DNA of 46,709 nucleotides, from NCBI GenBank assembly GCA_900770325.1, contig CAAGKE010000112.1, positions 1 through 46,709 on the forward strand, given 5' to 3'. The notes below the pieces were generated by a model that was not told the origin of the DNA, searched no databases, and saw only the letters and a list, made by a program, of their open reading frames with translations. Of this stretch, positions 35,201 to 43,290 are shown piece by piece. A program made the position numbers and the translations under genes. The first letter of the stretch is position 1. The number at the start of each line of letters is the position of its first letter. Origin of the DNA: Lachnospiraceae bacterium. GTDB taxonomy: Bacteria; Bacillota; Clostridia; Lachnospirales; Lachnospiraceae.

Positions 35201-37092
35201 TGGCGATGGCTTACAGTCAAGTCGTTAGCGAATATTCTACGGCGCTTGCAAATGCGAATGTCGAGCTGGAAATTTCCAGTCAGAAATGCGAAAGAAATAG
35301 AAAGGCACTAGAAGACCTTAGAGAAAATCACGAAAAAATGATTGATTCAAACCGGCTTGAAGCTGATTTGATGGTAGAGTACCAAGATCTACTTGATGAA
35401 TATAATATTACAGTAGATGAATCTGGAAGGGTTACTGCGGCGGTAGCCGAGCAGATTGTATTTTACGAGAATGAACTGAGGCAAAGTGAAGAAGCTCAAA
35501 GAAATTGCAAGGTGGCTGTGGAAGAAGCAACTGCTGCACAAAAAGTAGCCCAAGATCAACTTAAGCAGTACGAGGGCGCTTATCAGGAGTTTTTCGATAC
35601 AACTCAAAATGCAGACTGGGGTAAGATGGTCACTGATGCAACCAAAGCTATAGATGATCTTGGCGGTGTATTTGTAAACGGGAAACAGGTAGTGGGGCCT
35701 GAGGCTGTAGCTCTGTATCAGGAAATTATTGATACATTTGGAACACTTGACAAGGATATGCACGAACTCGGCAATCGTGGAATGGTGCAGTTTGGCGCTG
35801 GAGGAAAAGCCGGGGTAGCCGAAGCTGTACCAACTATGACAGAAGAGCTGTGGTCTCAAATTGAAGCGGCTTATGCTTCTGATGGATACACAGTCGCTTA
35901 TGATGGTGGACGCCTCATTGTTACAGGAACAACAGACGGAATGGTAGAAGAAAGCGCTGTTTCTACTCCGGAAGCAACCAATGCTATTATCGAAAATGTT
36001 GAGCAGGGATTGTCTGGTATGGGCGAGATCGGAAGCAATGCCGGAAAAGCTGCCATAGAGGGTGTAAACCAGTCTATCAATGATAATGCCCAGACTACTC
36101 AGGAACCGGTTAAGAAATGGGCAGATCTGACCAGAGAGTATTATACGAACAAGCAGTATGGCGGTGTTAATGCTGAGACATTCGGAAAGGCTGCTACTGA
36201 TTCCGCCAGCGGTTTCAATAAGGAAATCAAGGCAAGAACCAAGGACTCTCAGGAACCTATGGAAACATGGGCAAAGAGTTCGAGAGATTGGTTTACCGGG
36301 CAGGACGAGAACCAAGGCATCAATGCTGTATCATGGACAAAGTTTGCTGAAAATATCATAAAAGCCTTTGACAATAAGATTCTTGAAAGTTATATCGAGA
36401 CGCAAGGCCCGATGGAAACCTGGGCAAAGAATATCCGTGAATGGTTCTGGGGAGATTCAAATCCGGAAGGAACCGGAGGGATGTACGATGCCTTCTACAA
36501 CATGGCAAGACGAATCAACGAGGGCTTTGCGCAGGGCATTTCCGATTTTGCTTATATGGCAAAAGACGCAATCCGTAAGTGGGCGCGGGAAGCCATGGAA
36601 GAGGCAGAAGAAGAATTTGACATCAATTCTCCTTCAAAGCGCTTCTGGCAGATGGGTGCTTATGATATTCAGGGCTTTAACAACGCGTTTGCAGATCTGG
36701 GCGGAACAACACAGGCGGCAATTGACAAATGGGCTGGTGGGCTGAGTGTGCCTGCGCTGGGTCTTGATCTGGCAAATGATTACGGTAAGTATGTACCGAA
36801 TTATGGGCAGGACTTTATCAACAGCTATGGATCCATGAAAGGCGTGATAGAGGGACGGGCAAGGGTATCTATGGAATCTTCCGATAGCGCTCTTATATCC
36901 ACGTTGTTGCCCTATCTGGAAAAGCTGGATAAACTGGATAGCCTTGAGAATTTGGAATCTATGCCAGAGCAAAAAGAATTATTGCAGCAGATTGCGGATA
37001 AGGATACCGAAGTTACGATGAACGGCCGAAGGATGAATGAGGAAATGGTGCGGACGAACCGCAGGAAGGGATTTTCCTTTACCCCGACATAA
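32290..37092 (+). CDS. tape measure protein
   Basis: About 1600 aa, Ala/Gly-rich and helical, placed after G/GT. The ORF is open from a GTG at 32251. I prefer the GTG at 32290, which sits just after the hairpin and SD-like loop. Confidence 0.9.
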   Translation: MGATIEELSIDIVSNLGDADKALDRLSNSLSRMSNTLGGFDTGKLFGISNGISSLSGAMRGIQSVKTTDFTRIANGISKLSAADGSKLSAIGQGMQRMAAGMQNISGVASAASNIATAASGIAKFGGVKVNAAVGNINALAPALTALNSSVANLGQFPDISQFVTTISKLGNKSVGNAISNLPNLANALNQAMQTLSTAPKVSQNVISLTNALANLAAQGGRARTAAAGLSTALNGISTSSRRGVSGVNSFTSSIRNLLGAAGIYLGIRQLMQFGKQCLEFGSSLTEVQNVVDVAFGNMANAANNFAANNAQKFGLSELAAKQYSGVLKAMYNSLGVNNAQGTEMALGLTSRAGDLASFYNIDSKDAFAKIRSAVSGETEPMKQLGVNMNVANLNAYALSNGFGKLYDKMSLAEQAMLRYQYIMSTTNQVSGDFERTSGSFANQLRILQLNFQSFSATMGQGFINVIVHVISALNSLLAHLQTVANAFRAFTALIFGDNSAQAGGGGIADEITGAAGAADNLANNLGGASKAAKELKNATMGIDELNIVSQDDTSGSGSGGAGGVGGAAVDYGTLSEGTSFIDDLNSKLSEMLDLLEPTTNALKKLWDEGLSKLKDFTFGTLQDFYDKFLKPVGLWTLSEEGLPRFINITNDMLNRINWTRLQDSLRRFYEQLARLTKLVFTSLLDFYEEFLVPIAAWTLGDALPRLIDVITNLSENINWEGLVSSLKNLYEALSYFAIGIGEGLVSFVEGLARVLTPAISGAVDLLSKALNGIADAIKLIPEGTLAAVGGAIGGLATAILAFNGISAAITAIENAGKAFSGLLAAAAANPVLALAGALGALAGAFIAMEQNWSNQVAEQFLQFQQSIGSNTSDVQAAADSLYELADSSSRIVASAEADAKQLDTLKEAYFRLADQTYLTAQDQIELKEYAQQLIDKCPELKSMIDQTTGRYSAQREELEKVIKKHEDYMMAMAYSQVVSEYSTALANANVELEISSQKCERNRKALEDLRENHEKMIDSNRLEADLMVEYQDLLDEYNITVDESGRVTAAVAEQIVFYENELRQSEEAQRNCKVAVEEATAAQKVAQDQLKQYEGAYQEFFDTTQNADWGKMVTDATKAIDDLGGVFVNGKQVVGPEAVALYQEIIDTFGTLDKDMHELGNRGMVQFGAGGKAGVAEAVPTMTEELWSQIEAAYASDGYTVAYDGGRLIVTGTTDGMVEESAVSTPEATNAIIENVEQGLSGMGEIGSNAGKAAIEGVNQSINDNAQTTQEPVKKWADLTREYYTNKQYGGVNAETFGKAATDSASGFNKEIKARTKDSQEPMETWAKSSRDWFTGQDENQGINAVSWTKFAENIIKAFDNKILESYIETQGPMETWAKNIREWFWGDSNPEGTGGMYDAFYNMARRINEGFAQGISDFAYMAKDAIRKWAREAMEEAEEEFDINSPSKRFWQMGAYDIQGFNNAFADLGGTTQAAIDKWAGGLSVPALGLDLANDYGKYVPNYGQDFINSYGSMKGVIEGRARVSMESSDSALISTLLPYLEKLDKLDSLENLESMPEQKELLQQIADKDTEVTMNGRRMNEEMVRTNRRKGFSFTPT

Positions 37093-37095
37093 TTA

Positions 37096-37124
37096 TTTAC
37101 AATCCCTCTTTTCAATGGTATCAT
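37096..37124 (+). promoter_or_regulatory. moron promoter 1
   Basis: TTTACA, 17 nt, then TATCAT. The upstream ACATAATTATTTACAA is shared with promoter 3. Confidence 0.6.
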
Positions 37125-37153
37125 ATAAGATATATTGGGAAGGGGGAGTTTTT

Positions 37154-38113
37154 ATGAAGAAAATTTTTATAATTGTTGGACTTTCTATGGTATTGCTGTG
37201 CGGGTGCGGAAAAGAAAATGATTCAAATGCTGGTAAAGTTGAATCAGAAATAAGCGTAGAAGCAGCACAGAGCGAGGAAAAAGAAAGTTATGCAGAGATC
37301 AAATCGGATAAATCGTTAACACCAGATGAATCCTATGAGATTTATATTTCTGACGTAATGGATACCGTTAAAAAAATGGACGCCAGTGATGAATTGACAG
37401 AAATGATGGTTCAGAAACTGGGAGCGTCTTATTTTGAAGTTCTTGATCTAAAAAAGGATAACTGTATGGATAGTCAATACTATATTGATTTTTTGCTGGG
37501 GTCAGGATATTGCTCTGTGAATTTCGGGGAAAATACTATTGGACACGAGATGGGGGAAGCTGGTTTAAAAGCTATGAAGAGTTTGGTTTTAGGAGACGGG
37601 GATTTCCTAAAACATATGGGAGAATTTAAATCCTTGTACGAACAAGGAGGATCAACTATTTTGTCAAAGAACATGGTTGGGCCAGGTCAGTATAAGGTAG
37701 GAACTGATATAAAACAGGGTGAATATGTTTTACTTAGTGAGAACGGAATGGGATATTTTGCTTTAACAACTGACGGAAATGGTAATGATATTATAACAAA
37801 TGATAATTTTGAGTATAATTCCATGATAATTGTTGACGAAGGTGAATATTTGGAATTATCACGTTGCAAAGCCATTCCGCTTGACGAAGCGAAAAATCTT
37901 CCAATAGATAAGGCAAATATGTTTAAAGTAGGAGTTCATCTTCCAGCAGGAGAATATAAACTTCAGTCTGATACAGGAATGGGTTATTATTGCGTCTATA
38001 ATGATGGCAGACACGATGACATTGAAGCCAACAATAATTTTGAGGGTCAGTCATACGTGAGCGTAAAAGAAGGTCAATACTTACTGCTTTCCAGATGCCA
38101 TATTGTTGAATAA
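37154..38113 (+). CDS. lipoprotein with two internal ~70-aa repeats (moron)
   Basis: Signal peptide and lipobox MKKIFIIVGLSMVLLCGC. The repeats are ...YKVGTDIKQGEYVLLSENGMGYF...LELSRC and ...FKVGVHLPAGEYKLQSDTGMGYY...LLLSRC. Low GC. Confidence 0.8.
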   Translation: MKKIFIIVGLSMVLLCGCGKENDSNAGKVESEISVEAAQSEEKESYAEIKSDKSLTPDESYEIYISDVMDTVKKMDASDELTEMMVQKLGASYFEVLDLKKDNCMDSQYYIDFLLGSGYCSVNFGENTIGHEMGEAGLKAMKSLVLGDGDFLKHMGEFKSLYEQGGSTILSKNMVGPGQYKVGTDIKQGEYVLLSENGMGYFALTTDGNGNDIITNDNFEYNSMIIVDEGEYLELSRCKAIPLDEAKNLPIDKANMFKVGVHLPAGEYKLQSDTGMGYYCVYNDGRHDDIEANNNFEGQSYVSVKEGQYLLLSRCHIVE

Positions 38114-38159
38114 TTATCTGCAATTATCAATCGAAAAGGTTATAGTTTCACTTAATCAG

Positions 38160-38188
38160 TTTACATCCCCTTCGTAATGAGATATAAT
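38160..38188 (+). promoter_or_regulatory. moron promoter 2
   Basis: TTTACA, 17 nt, then TATAAT. Confidence 0.65.
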
Positions 38189-38218
38189 TTCTATATTAAA
38201 TGCGAGGGGGATGATTTT

Positions 38219-38767
38219 ATGGCATTAATTAAATGCCCTGAGTGCGGGAAGGAAATAAGCGATAAGGCCGAAAAATGCCCTAATTGCGGTTATCCAATCT
38301 CTAACCAATCAAAGGCGAAAGATGAATACGATAATTTATATTCAGCGGCAAGAGCTTTTTCTAAACCAAAAAATTCTAACAAGTCAGAAGAGAAGAAAGA
38401 GATATCGTCAACAGGACGCATGGTTGTTGGAATTATATTCATAGTTTTATCTGTTTTTACGCTTTTTCAATCCTGCGCAGCAGGAATTTCAAATGTATTA
38501 GGTGACGGAACCGGATTTGATGGAACACTTGGAGCTTTCTCGGCAATACTTATGTTAATTATTGGAATTGTTAGTATCGTTACGAGAAAAACTTCAAATT
38601 CTATTGTTCCGTTAATAATGGGTATCATTCTTGTGGTTTATGGGTATTCCATAGCGTATGTATACAATGGAACATTTAAAGACTTGAAAATATATGGCAT
38701 GTTGATGATGATCTGTTCTTTAGTTTACTTTTTTGGTTTTAAGAAGCTTAGGAAGAATAGGGGATAA
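38219..38767 (+). CDS. zinc-ribbon membrane protein (moron)
   Basis: MALIKCPECGKEISDKAEKCPNCGYPIS is followed by about four hydrophobic segments. Confidence 0.75.
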   Translation: MALIKCPECGKEISDKAEKCPNCGYPISNQSKAKDEYDNLYSAARAFSKPKNSNKSEEKKEISSTGRMVVGIIFIVLSVFTLFQSCAAGISNVLGDGTGFDGTLGAFSAILMLIIGIVSIVTRKTSNSIVPLIMGIILVVYGYSIAYVYNGTFKDLKIYGMLMMICSLVYFFGFKKLRKNRG

Positions 38768-38834
38768 ATTGGAGCCTTATCTTTTGTCAGCAATAAAGCC
38801 GCAGCAAGGTTTTTCTTTCACATAGACATAATTA

Positions 38835-38863
38835 TTTACAACCCCCCTCCTGTGTGATATACT
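38835..38863 (+). promoter_or_regulatory. moron promoter 3
   Basis: TTTACA, 17 nt, then TATACT. Confidence 0.6.
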
Positions 38864-38899
38864 TTTTACAATAAATAACATAATGGAGGGGGATTTATA

Positions 38900-39493
38900 A
38901 TGAAACTAAAATTTGCGATTGTAATTGCGGCAACAGTATCACTTTCAATGAGTATACCTGTCTATGCTGAAGAGTGGAAACAAGATTCGGTTGGATGGTG
39001 GTACCAGATGGATGATGGAAGTTATCCTTCAAATCAGTGGAAAGAAATTGCAGGAAAACAGTATTATTTTGGAAGCGATGGATATTTGCTGGTAAGCACC
39101 ACAACACCAGATGGAAAATCAGTAGGAGCGGATGGAGCATTGATTGAAGATAGCAAATCAGAAGCTCCTGTTCTGAATGTAAATTCTTACCAGTCGATTC
39201 TTGATTATTATACATGGAAGATCGAAAATGCTGTTCCTGGATTAATTGCTGAATATAATGCAGAGGCTGCCAACAATACAGGAGGGCTACAAGGTTTAGC
39301 TGAAATAAGCAACAATAAGGTTGTGAAATTGGCTGAAATAGAAAGTGATGGCGTTACGGAGATGGCAAAACTATATTATAGATCAGGGTCAGGTAAATAT
39401 AGCGAGTATGAAGAATGGGCAATGAAACTGTATGATGTATATTCTGACGGAGCAATGAAAATATATGATGCATATATGGATTCTGCCATGTAG
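38900..39493 (+). CDS. secreted protein with choline-binding-type cell-wall repeats (moron)
   Basis: Signal peptide MKLKFAIVIAATVSLSMSIPVYA, then GWWYQMDDGSYPSNQWKEIAGKQYYFGSDGYLL. Confidence 0.8.
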   Translation: MKLKFAIVIAATVSLSMSIPVYAEEWKQDSVGWWYQMDDGSYPSNQWKEIAGKQYYFGSDGYLLVSTTTPDGKSVGADGALIEDSKSEAPVLNVNSYQSILDYYTWKIENAVPGLIAEYNAEAANNTGGLQGLAEISNNKVVKLAEIESDGVTEMAKLYYRSGSGKYSEYEEWAMKLYDVYSDGAMKIYDAYMDSAM

Positions 39494-39510
39494 AAAATAG
39501 TGGTATAAGT

Positions 39511-39540
39511 AAAAGCCGCCAGTCGGGCGGCTTTTACTTA
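39511..39540 (+). terminator. intrinsic terminator after the moron block
   Basis: AAAAGCCGCC-agtcg-GGCGGCTTTT. Confidence 0.8.
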
Positions 39541-39712
39541 TTATATAGTGAATTATTGATTTTACATAAGTGCAATAATGCATATAGTTTTATTTATTGA
39601 AATTATCCCCAAATTAGTGTATATTATATCCATAAGGTCGCTCATTCGGGGCTTGTAATTGCCCGGATTGGGCGGCTTTTTCTGCCTGTTTTAACAGGCA
39701 AATCGACTTTTA

Positions 39713-39730
39713 GTGTACCTCAGAGTACCA
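39713..39730 (+). promoter_or_regulatory. late-region motif copy 5 (GTGTACCTCAGAGTACCA)
   Basis: 61 nt upstream of the first tail-tip gene. Confidence 0.55.
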
Positions 39731-39765
39731 GTTAATCGTAACAGGTTAATTGGTGCTCTTTTTTT
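39722..39765 (+). terminator. strong terminator-type hairpin whose 5' arm is the distal half of motif copy 5
   Basis: AGAGTACCAGTTAA (39722-35) pairs with TTAATTGGTGCTCT (39746-59): 14 bp with two G-U pairs. TTTTTT follows. Confidence 0.65.
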
Positions 39766-39791
39766 GATTGGTGGTGATTATTTTGGCAGCA

Positions 39792-40166
39792 ATGATTTAT
39801 ATAAACGGAAAAGCGTTCCCATATCCGGCCCGTGGGTTAGAGATGATCGTGTCTACGATGGTTGATTCTGGCCGTAATGCCAACGGTGAAGTGGTAGGGC
39901 AAAAAGTGGGCCGAGATAATTACAAGCTGAACAATTTGGTTTGGCCGTATTTGGATGCAAAAACCTGGTCTGAGATGCTGAAGGAATTTACGAACTTTTT
40001 TGTCATAGCAAAGATTCCGGATATGGTCAACAATGATTGGATTACCATCAAAATGTATCCGGGAGACCGAAGCGCAAAGCCGCAGTGGATTGATAAGAAA
40101 ACCGGACTTCCGACTCATTATGTGAATTGTAAAGTAAATATAATCGACTGCGGGGTGATTGAGTAA
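39792..40166 (+). CDS. distal tail protein-like
   Basis: Assigned from position after the tape measure. The start is uncertain because the ORF is open from 39768. Confidence 0.6.
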   Translation: MIYINGKAFPYPARGLEMIVSTMVDSGRNANGEVVGQKVGRDNYKLNNLVWPYLDAKTWSEMLKEFTNFFVIAKIPDMVNNDWITIKMYPGDRSAKPQWIDKKTGLPTHYVNCKVNIIDCGVIE

Positions 40167-42397
40167 TGCTGTCAATGCCAACGGAATACAAGCAGTCGAT
40201 GGACAATGATAGGCGTAATCAGTCCTACATGGTAGTGACCATAGGCATTATCAATCAGGTAGCGCAGAAAAATGCCGTCGTTGTGGAAGATCACGGTGCG
40301 AAATACTGTTACCTCTCGAACCTCACCCGACTGCTGGATAACTACGATGTGGAGCTGGAATACGCCACATGGGAGCAGGACTGGTTTAAGGCGGACGGCT
40401 CCATGGTATTTCCTCCGCGTCCGGAAGAAGCAGCTTATCTGTATAACAACGGTGCCATATCCGATGATCTTCTGGGGCCGATCTGCTTTAAATTTGGAGA
40501 TACCTATGACATCCGCGGCCTGACCATCAACTTCGGCAGGAATTACCCGGTGGATTTTACGATCACCAACGGCACCACAACAAAGACCTATACCGGCAAC
40601 ACCTTAAGCTACTGGACTACGGACGATATCTTTGACGGGACGGATTATCTGCTTATCACGCCTACGAAAATGGTAAACGGTCAAGGGAGGCTCCGAATCC
40701 AGAAGATCTTTATGGGCATCGGCGTCAGTTTTGAAAATAAAAAAATCCAGAAATCCACCAAGACGGAATATATCAGTCCGATCACAGAGGAGCTGCCGAC
40801 GCTGGACTTTACGCTTCAGATCGAAAACTATGGCCGTATGTGGGATGTGGAGAATGAGACCAGCGCCATCAACTATCTGGAGGTGGGGCAAGAAGTAACA
40901 GTCCGTTATGGCTATGAGGTTGTGGACGGCGGCCCCATTACCTGGATGGACGGGTGTGTCTGCAACCTGGCCGACTGGGAAGCGGATGACGCTGCTATGA
41001 GCTTTTCGGCCAAGGACAAGATTGATGATCTGGACGAGATCTATTACCGGGGCCTTTATCGATCCGAGGGAATCTCCCTGTATGATCTTGCGGCGGACGT
41101 GCTGACAGATGCGGGGCTGGACAGCCGGAAGTATGAGCTGGACGAGTATCTTAAGACGGTAACGGTGTACAATCCGCTGCCCTGCGAGACGCACAAAGCC
41201 TGCCTGCAGATCATCGCCAACGCCGGGCGGTGCAAGCTCTATACGGACCGGGAAGGGAAAATCTGCGTTAAGGCAGCCTTTGTTACGGTCATCAGCCCGG
41301 AGCGTATGCAGGTGCAGTCCGATGATGCCGCGCCATGGAGCAACCTTCCGTCCGTGGTAAACGGCTCCACAAAATACGAGTACGCCACATGGAGCCAGGA
41401 TCATTTCCGGGCGGATGGTACCATGTATTTTCTGCCGCGGGAGGGAAACTATCTGCCGGCAGGATTTATATCACAGGCGGTAGCGGATGCAGACGGGAAC
41501 TTTGAGAGTAACCCGAAGTTTACCATCGTTCTGGAGGCTGCCATGGTCTACTACAGCCTGAAGCTAAATTTTTCCAGCCTTCCGGCACAGGGAGTGACCA
41601 TACACACCTATTTTGAGGGCGAACTGAAGGAAAGCTATGTGGTTCCGGGGCCGTTTGAGAAAGAGAACCTGATAGAGCATGAGTTTCCGCAGTTTGACAC
41701 GATCGCCTTTGAGTTTACGAAAGCGCAGCCCAACAGCCGCATTTTTGTGGAATCCGTGGTATTCGGTGACGTGACGGACTATTACATGGACTACAGGGTA
41801 ATGACCAAATATCCGAAGGGCATCCAACAGGAGAAGGTTGCGCGGGTGGACGTTATCCAGAACATTTACGGCCTGACAGATGAGGTGAAGAACATCTTTC
41901 AGGAGACCGTGGATGTCACGAACTGCGACAGCTACACATTTTACTTTACTGAAGCGTCCTATGATGTGGTGGCTTATGTGGATGGCGTGGAGCTGACGAT
42001 CACAGCCGGCAGCAGTTACTTTGTGACCGTGGACGTGTCGGGGCTGACCGGGGAGCATGAACTTACGGTGGACGGAAAGGCTTATATCGTGACCAATAAG
42101 ATATTTTCCAAAGCCATTAATTCCACCGGCACAATTAAAGAGTGGAATAACCCGCTAATCAGCGAAGATAGCCTTGCATCATTGCAGGCGGACTGGCTGG
42201 GGAATTATTACGGCAACAACGTGGAGTACGACATCGGATACCGCGGAGAGCCGAGGCTGGATGCAAACGATATCGTATTTCTGGAGAACAAATACAAGGA
42301 CGGATTGCAGGTGCAGATTTATGAGCACAAGCTGAATTTTAACGGTGCACTGTCCGGCACGGTAAAAGCCAGAAGGGCAGTAAGTCAGGAGGGATAA
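40166..42397 (+). CDS. tail tip / tail-associated large structural protein
   Basis: 743 aa. Assigned from position. TAATG overlap with the upstream gene. Confidence 0.8.
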   Translation: MLSMPTEYKQSMDNDRRNQSYMVVTIGIINQVAQKNAVVVEDHGAKYCYLSNLTRLLDNYDVELEYATWEQDWFKADGSMVFPPRPEEAAYLYNNGAISDDLLGPICFKFGDTYDIRGLTINFGRNYPVDFTITNGTTTKTYTGNTLSYWTTDDIFDGTDYLLITPTKMVNGQGRLRIQKIFMGIGVSFENKKIQKSTKTEYISPITEELPTLDFTLQIENYGRMWDVENETSAINYLEVGQEVTVRYGYEVVDGGPITWMDGCVCNLADWEADDAAMSFSAKDKIDDLDEIYYRGLYRSEGISLYDLAADVLTDAGLDSRKYELDEYLKTVTVYNPLPCETHKACLQIIANAGRCKLYTDREGKICVKAAFVTVISPERMQVQSDDAAPWSNLPSVVNGSTKYEYATWSQDHFRADGTMYFLPREGNYLPAGFISQAVADADGNFESNPKFTIVLEAAMVYYSLKLNFSSLPAQGVTIHTYFEGELKESYVVPGPFEKENLIEHEFPQFDTIAFEFTKAQPNSRIFVESVVFGDVTDYYMDYRVMTKYPKGIQQEKVARVDVIQNIYGLTDEVKNIFQETVDVTNCDSYTFYFTEASYDVVAYVDGVELTITAGSSYFVTVDVSGLTGEHELTVDGKAYIVTNKIFSKAINSTGTIKEWNNPLISEDSLASLQADWLGNYYGNNVEYDIGYRGEPRLDANDIVFLENKYKDGLQVQIYEHKLNFNGALSGTVKARRAVSQEG

Positions 42398-42398
42398 C

Positions 42399-42830
42399 AT
42401 GGCAAGAGACCCAAACGCAAGCTATGAAGGAAAGAACCAGAGGACGCCGATCAGCATAAAGCAGATGCAGGAGCAGATTAAGGAGCTGCAAACGCAGCTG
42501 AATGCGGCGCAGGAAACCATCACTCAATTAAATAGTGATCTTACTCAAAGACCAAAATATATTAAGATTTCATCAATGGACAGCATTCAAAATCTGCACA
42601 ATTTATGTGATCTTCAAGTGACACATCCGGTATGGATATACTCATCAGTAATGTCAGAAGTTTTTGGCTCAGTTGCCTATGGTTTTGGCATTGCGTGTAA
42701 GTTAACAGACTCCGTTGTTGATGTATTTGTCGAAGGGGGTGTAGGAAACATATACATTATCAGAGTAACCAGTGGAACACTTGGAAAACCCAAAAAACTC
42801 AATGCAACAGAATATACGATTTCCTCCTGA
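42399..42830 (+). CDS. tail-fibre-associated protein, coiled-coil N-terminus joined to a low-GC C-terminal part
   Basis: IKQMQEQIKELQTQLNAAQETITQLNSDL. Base composition drops sharply at about 42525. Confidence 0.7.
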   Translation: MARDPNASYEGKNQRTPISIKQMQEQIKELQTQLNAAQETITQLNSDLTQRPKYIKISSMDSIQNLHNLCDLQVTHPVWIYSSVMSEVFGSVAYGFGIACKLTDSVVDVFVEGGVGNIYIIRVTSGTLGKPKKLNATEYTISS

Positions 42831-42841
42831 TACAGAAAAAA

Positions 42842-43267
42842 TTACTCATACGAGATTTCAAAGGTTTCTACGGTCAGGAAGAAGCCGTATGACCAAGTAT
42901 TAGCCGTGATCGTATACTCCGGCTCAGAGTAAGTACATTTCCAACCTTTGTAATTTATAAGCTCGCTCATCCCTCTATACGGTGTAAGTATGGCGGCAAA
43001 GGGATTGCCGTTTTGCTCCATAAACAAAAAACCCCAGATATGCGCTCCTGTAGTAGTGCTGGTGCACTTTAACTTGATCGTGGTTTTTGAGTCTGTCCCG
43101 ACGTAGTATATGTTCATTTTGTTATAGGACTTATTTATTAAAGCCTGTGCTCCTGCTATGGTCGCATAATTTTTCAAATCACTATAAAACTGAGCGGCTG
43201 AAAGAGAGGTAGTCACTATGATAACCATAAAAAAGGGTAACTTTAATAAGCCCTCCGGCAGAGGCAA
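42842..43267 (-). CDS. opposite-strand hypothetical protein with possible signal peptide
   Basis: This is the only ORF covering a 460-bp gap in the + strand gene train. It is low GC with a hydrophobic N-terminus, ...FFMVIIVTTSLSAAQ. It has no convincing RBS and a TTG start. Confidence 0.5.
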   Translation of the reverse strand: MPLPEGLLKLPFFMVIIVTTSLSAAQFYSDLKNYATIAGAQALINKSYNKMNIYYVGTDSKTTIKLKCTSTTTGAHIWGFLFMEQNGNPFAAILTPYRGMSELINYKGWKCTYSEPEYTITANTWSYGFFLTVETFEISYE

Positions 43268-43290
43268 TCATAAAAGGAGAGTGATACATA

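Noticed and set aside
32211-36315. Minus-strand ORFs inside the tape-measure gene (32211..32831, 34494..34904, 35389..36315)
   Set aside because: These are antisense shadows of the Ala/Gly-rich tape-measure reading frame.
40604-42058. Long minus-strand ORFs (40604..41404, 266 aa; 41564..42058, 164 aa) inside the 743-aa tail gene
   Set aside because: These are shadow ORFs on the antisense strand of a GC-rich, strongly coding + strand gene. They have Arg/His/Leu-rich junk composition and no RBS.
42525-43270. A Mu G-segment-like invertible host-range switch as a firm call
   Set aside because: There is no invertase gene in the window, and the only inverted element at the cassette borders is 7 nt (ATCACTC). 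I kept it as a low-confidence hypothesis only.
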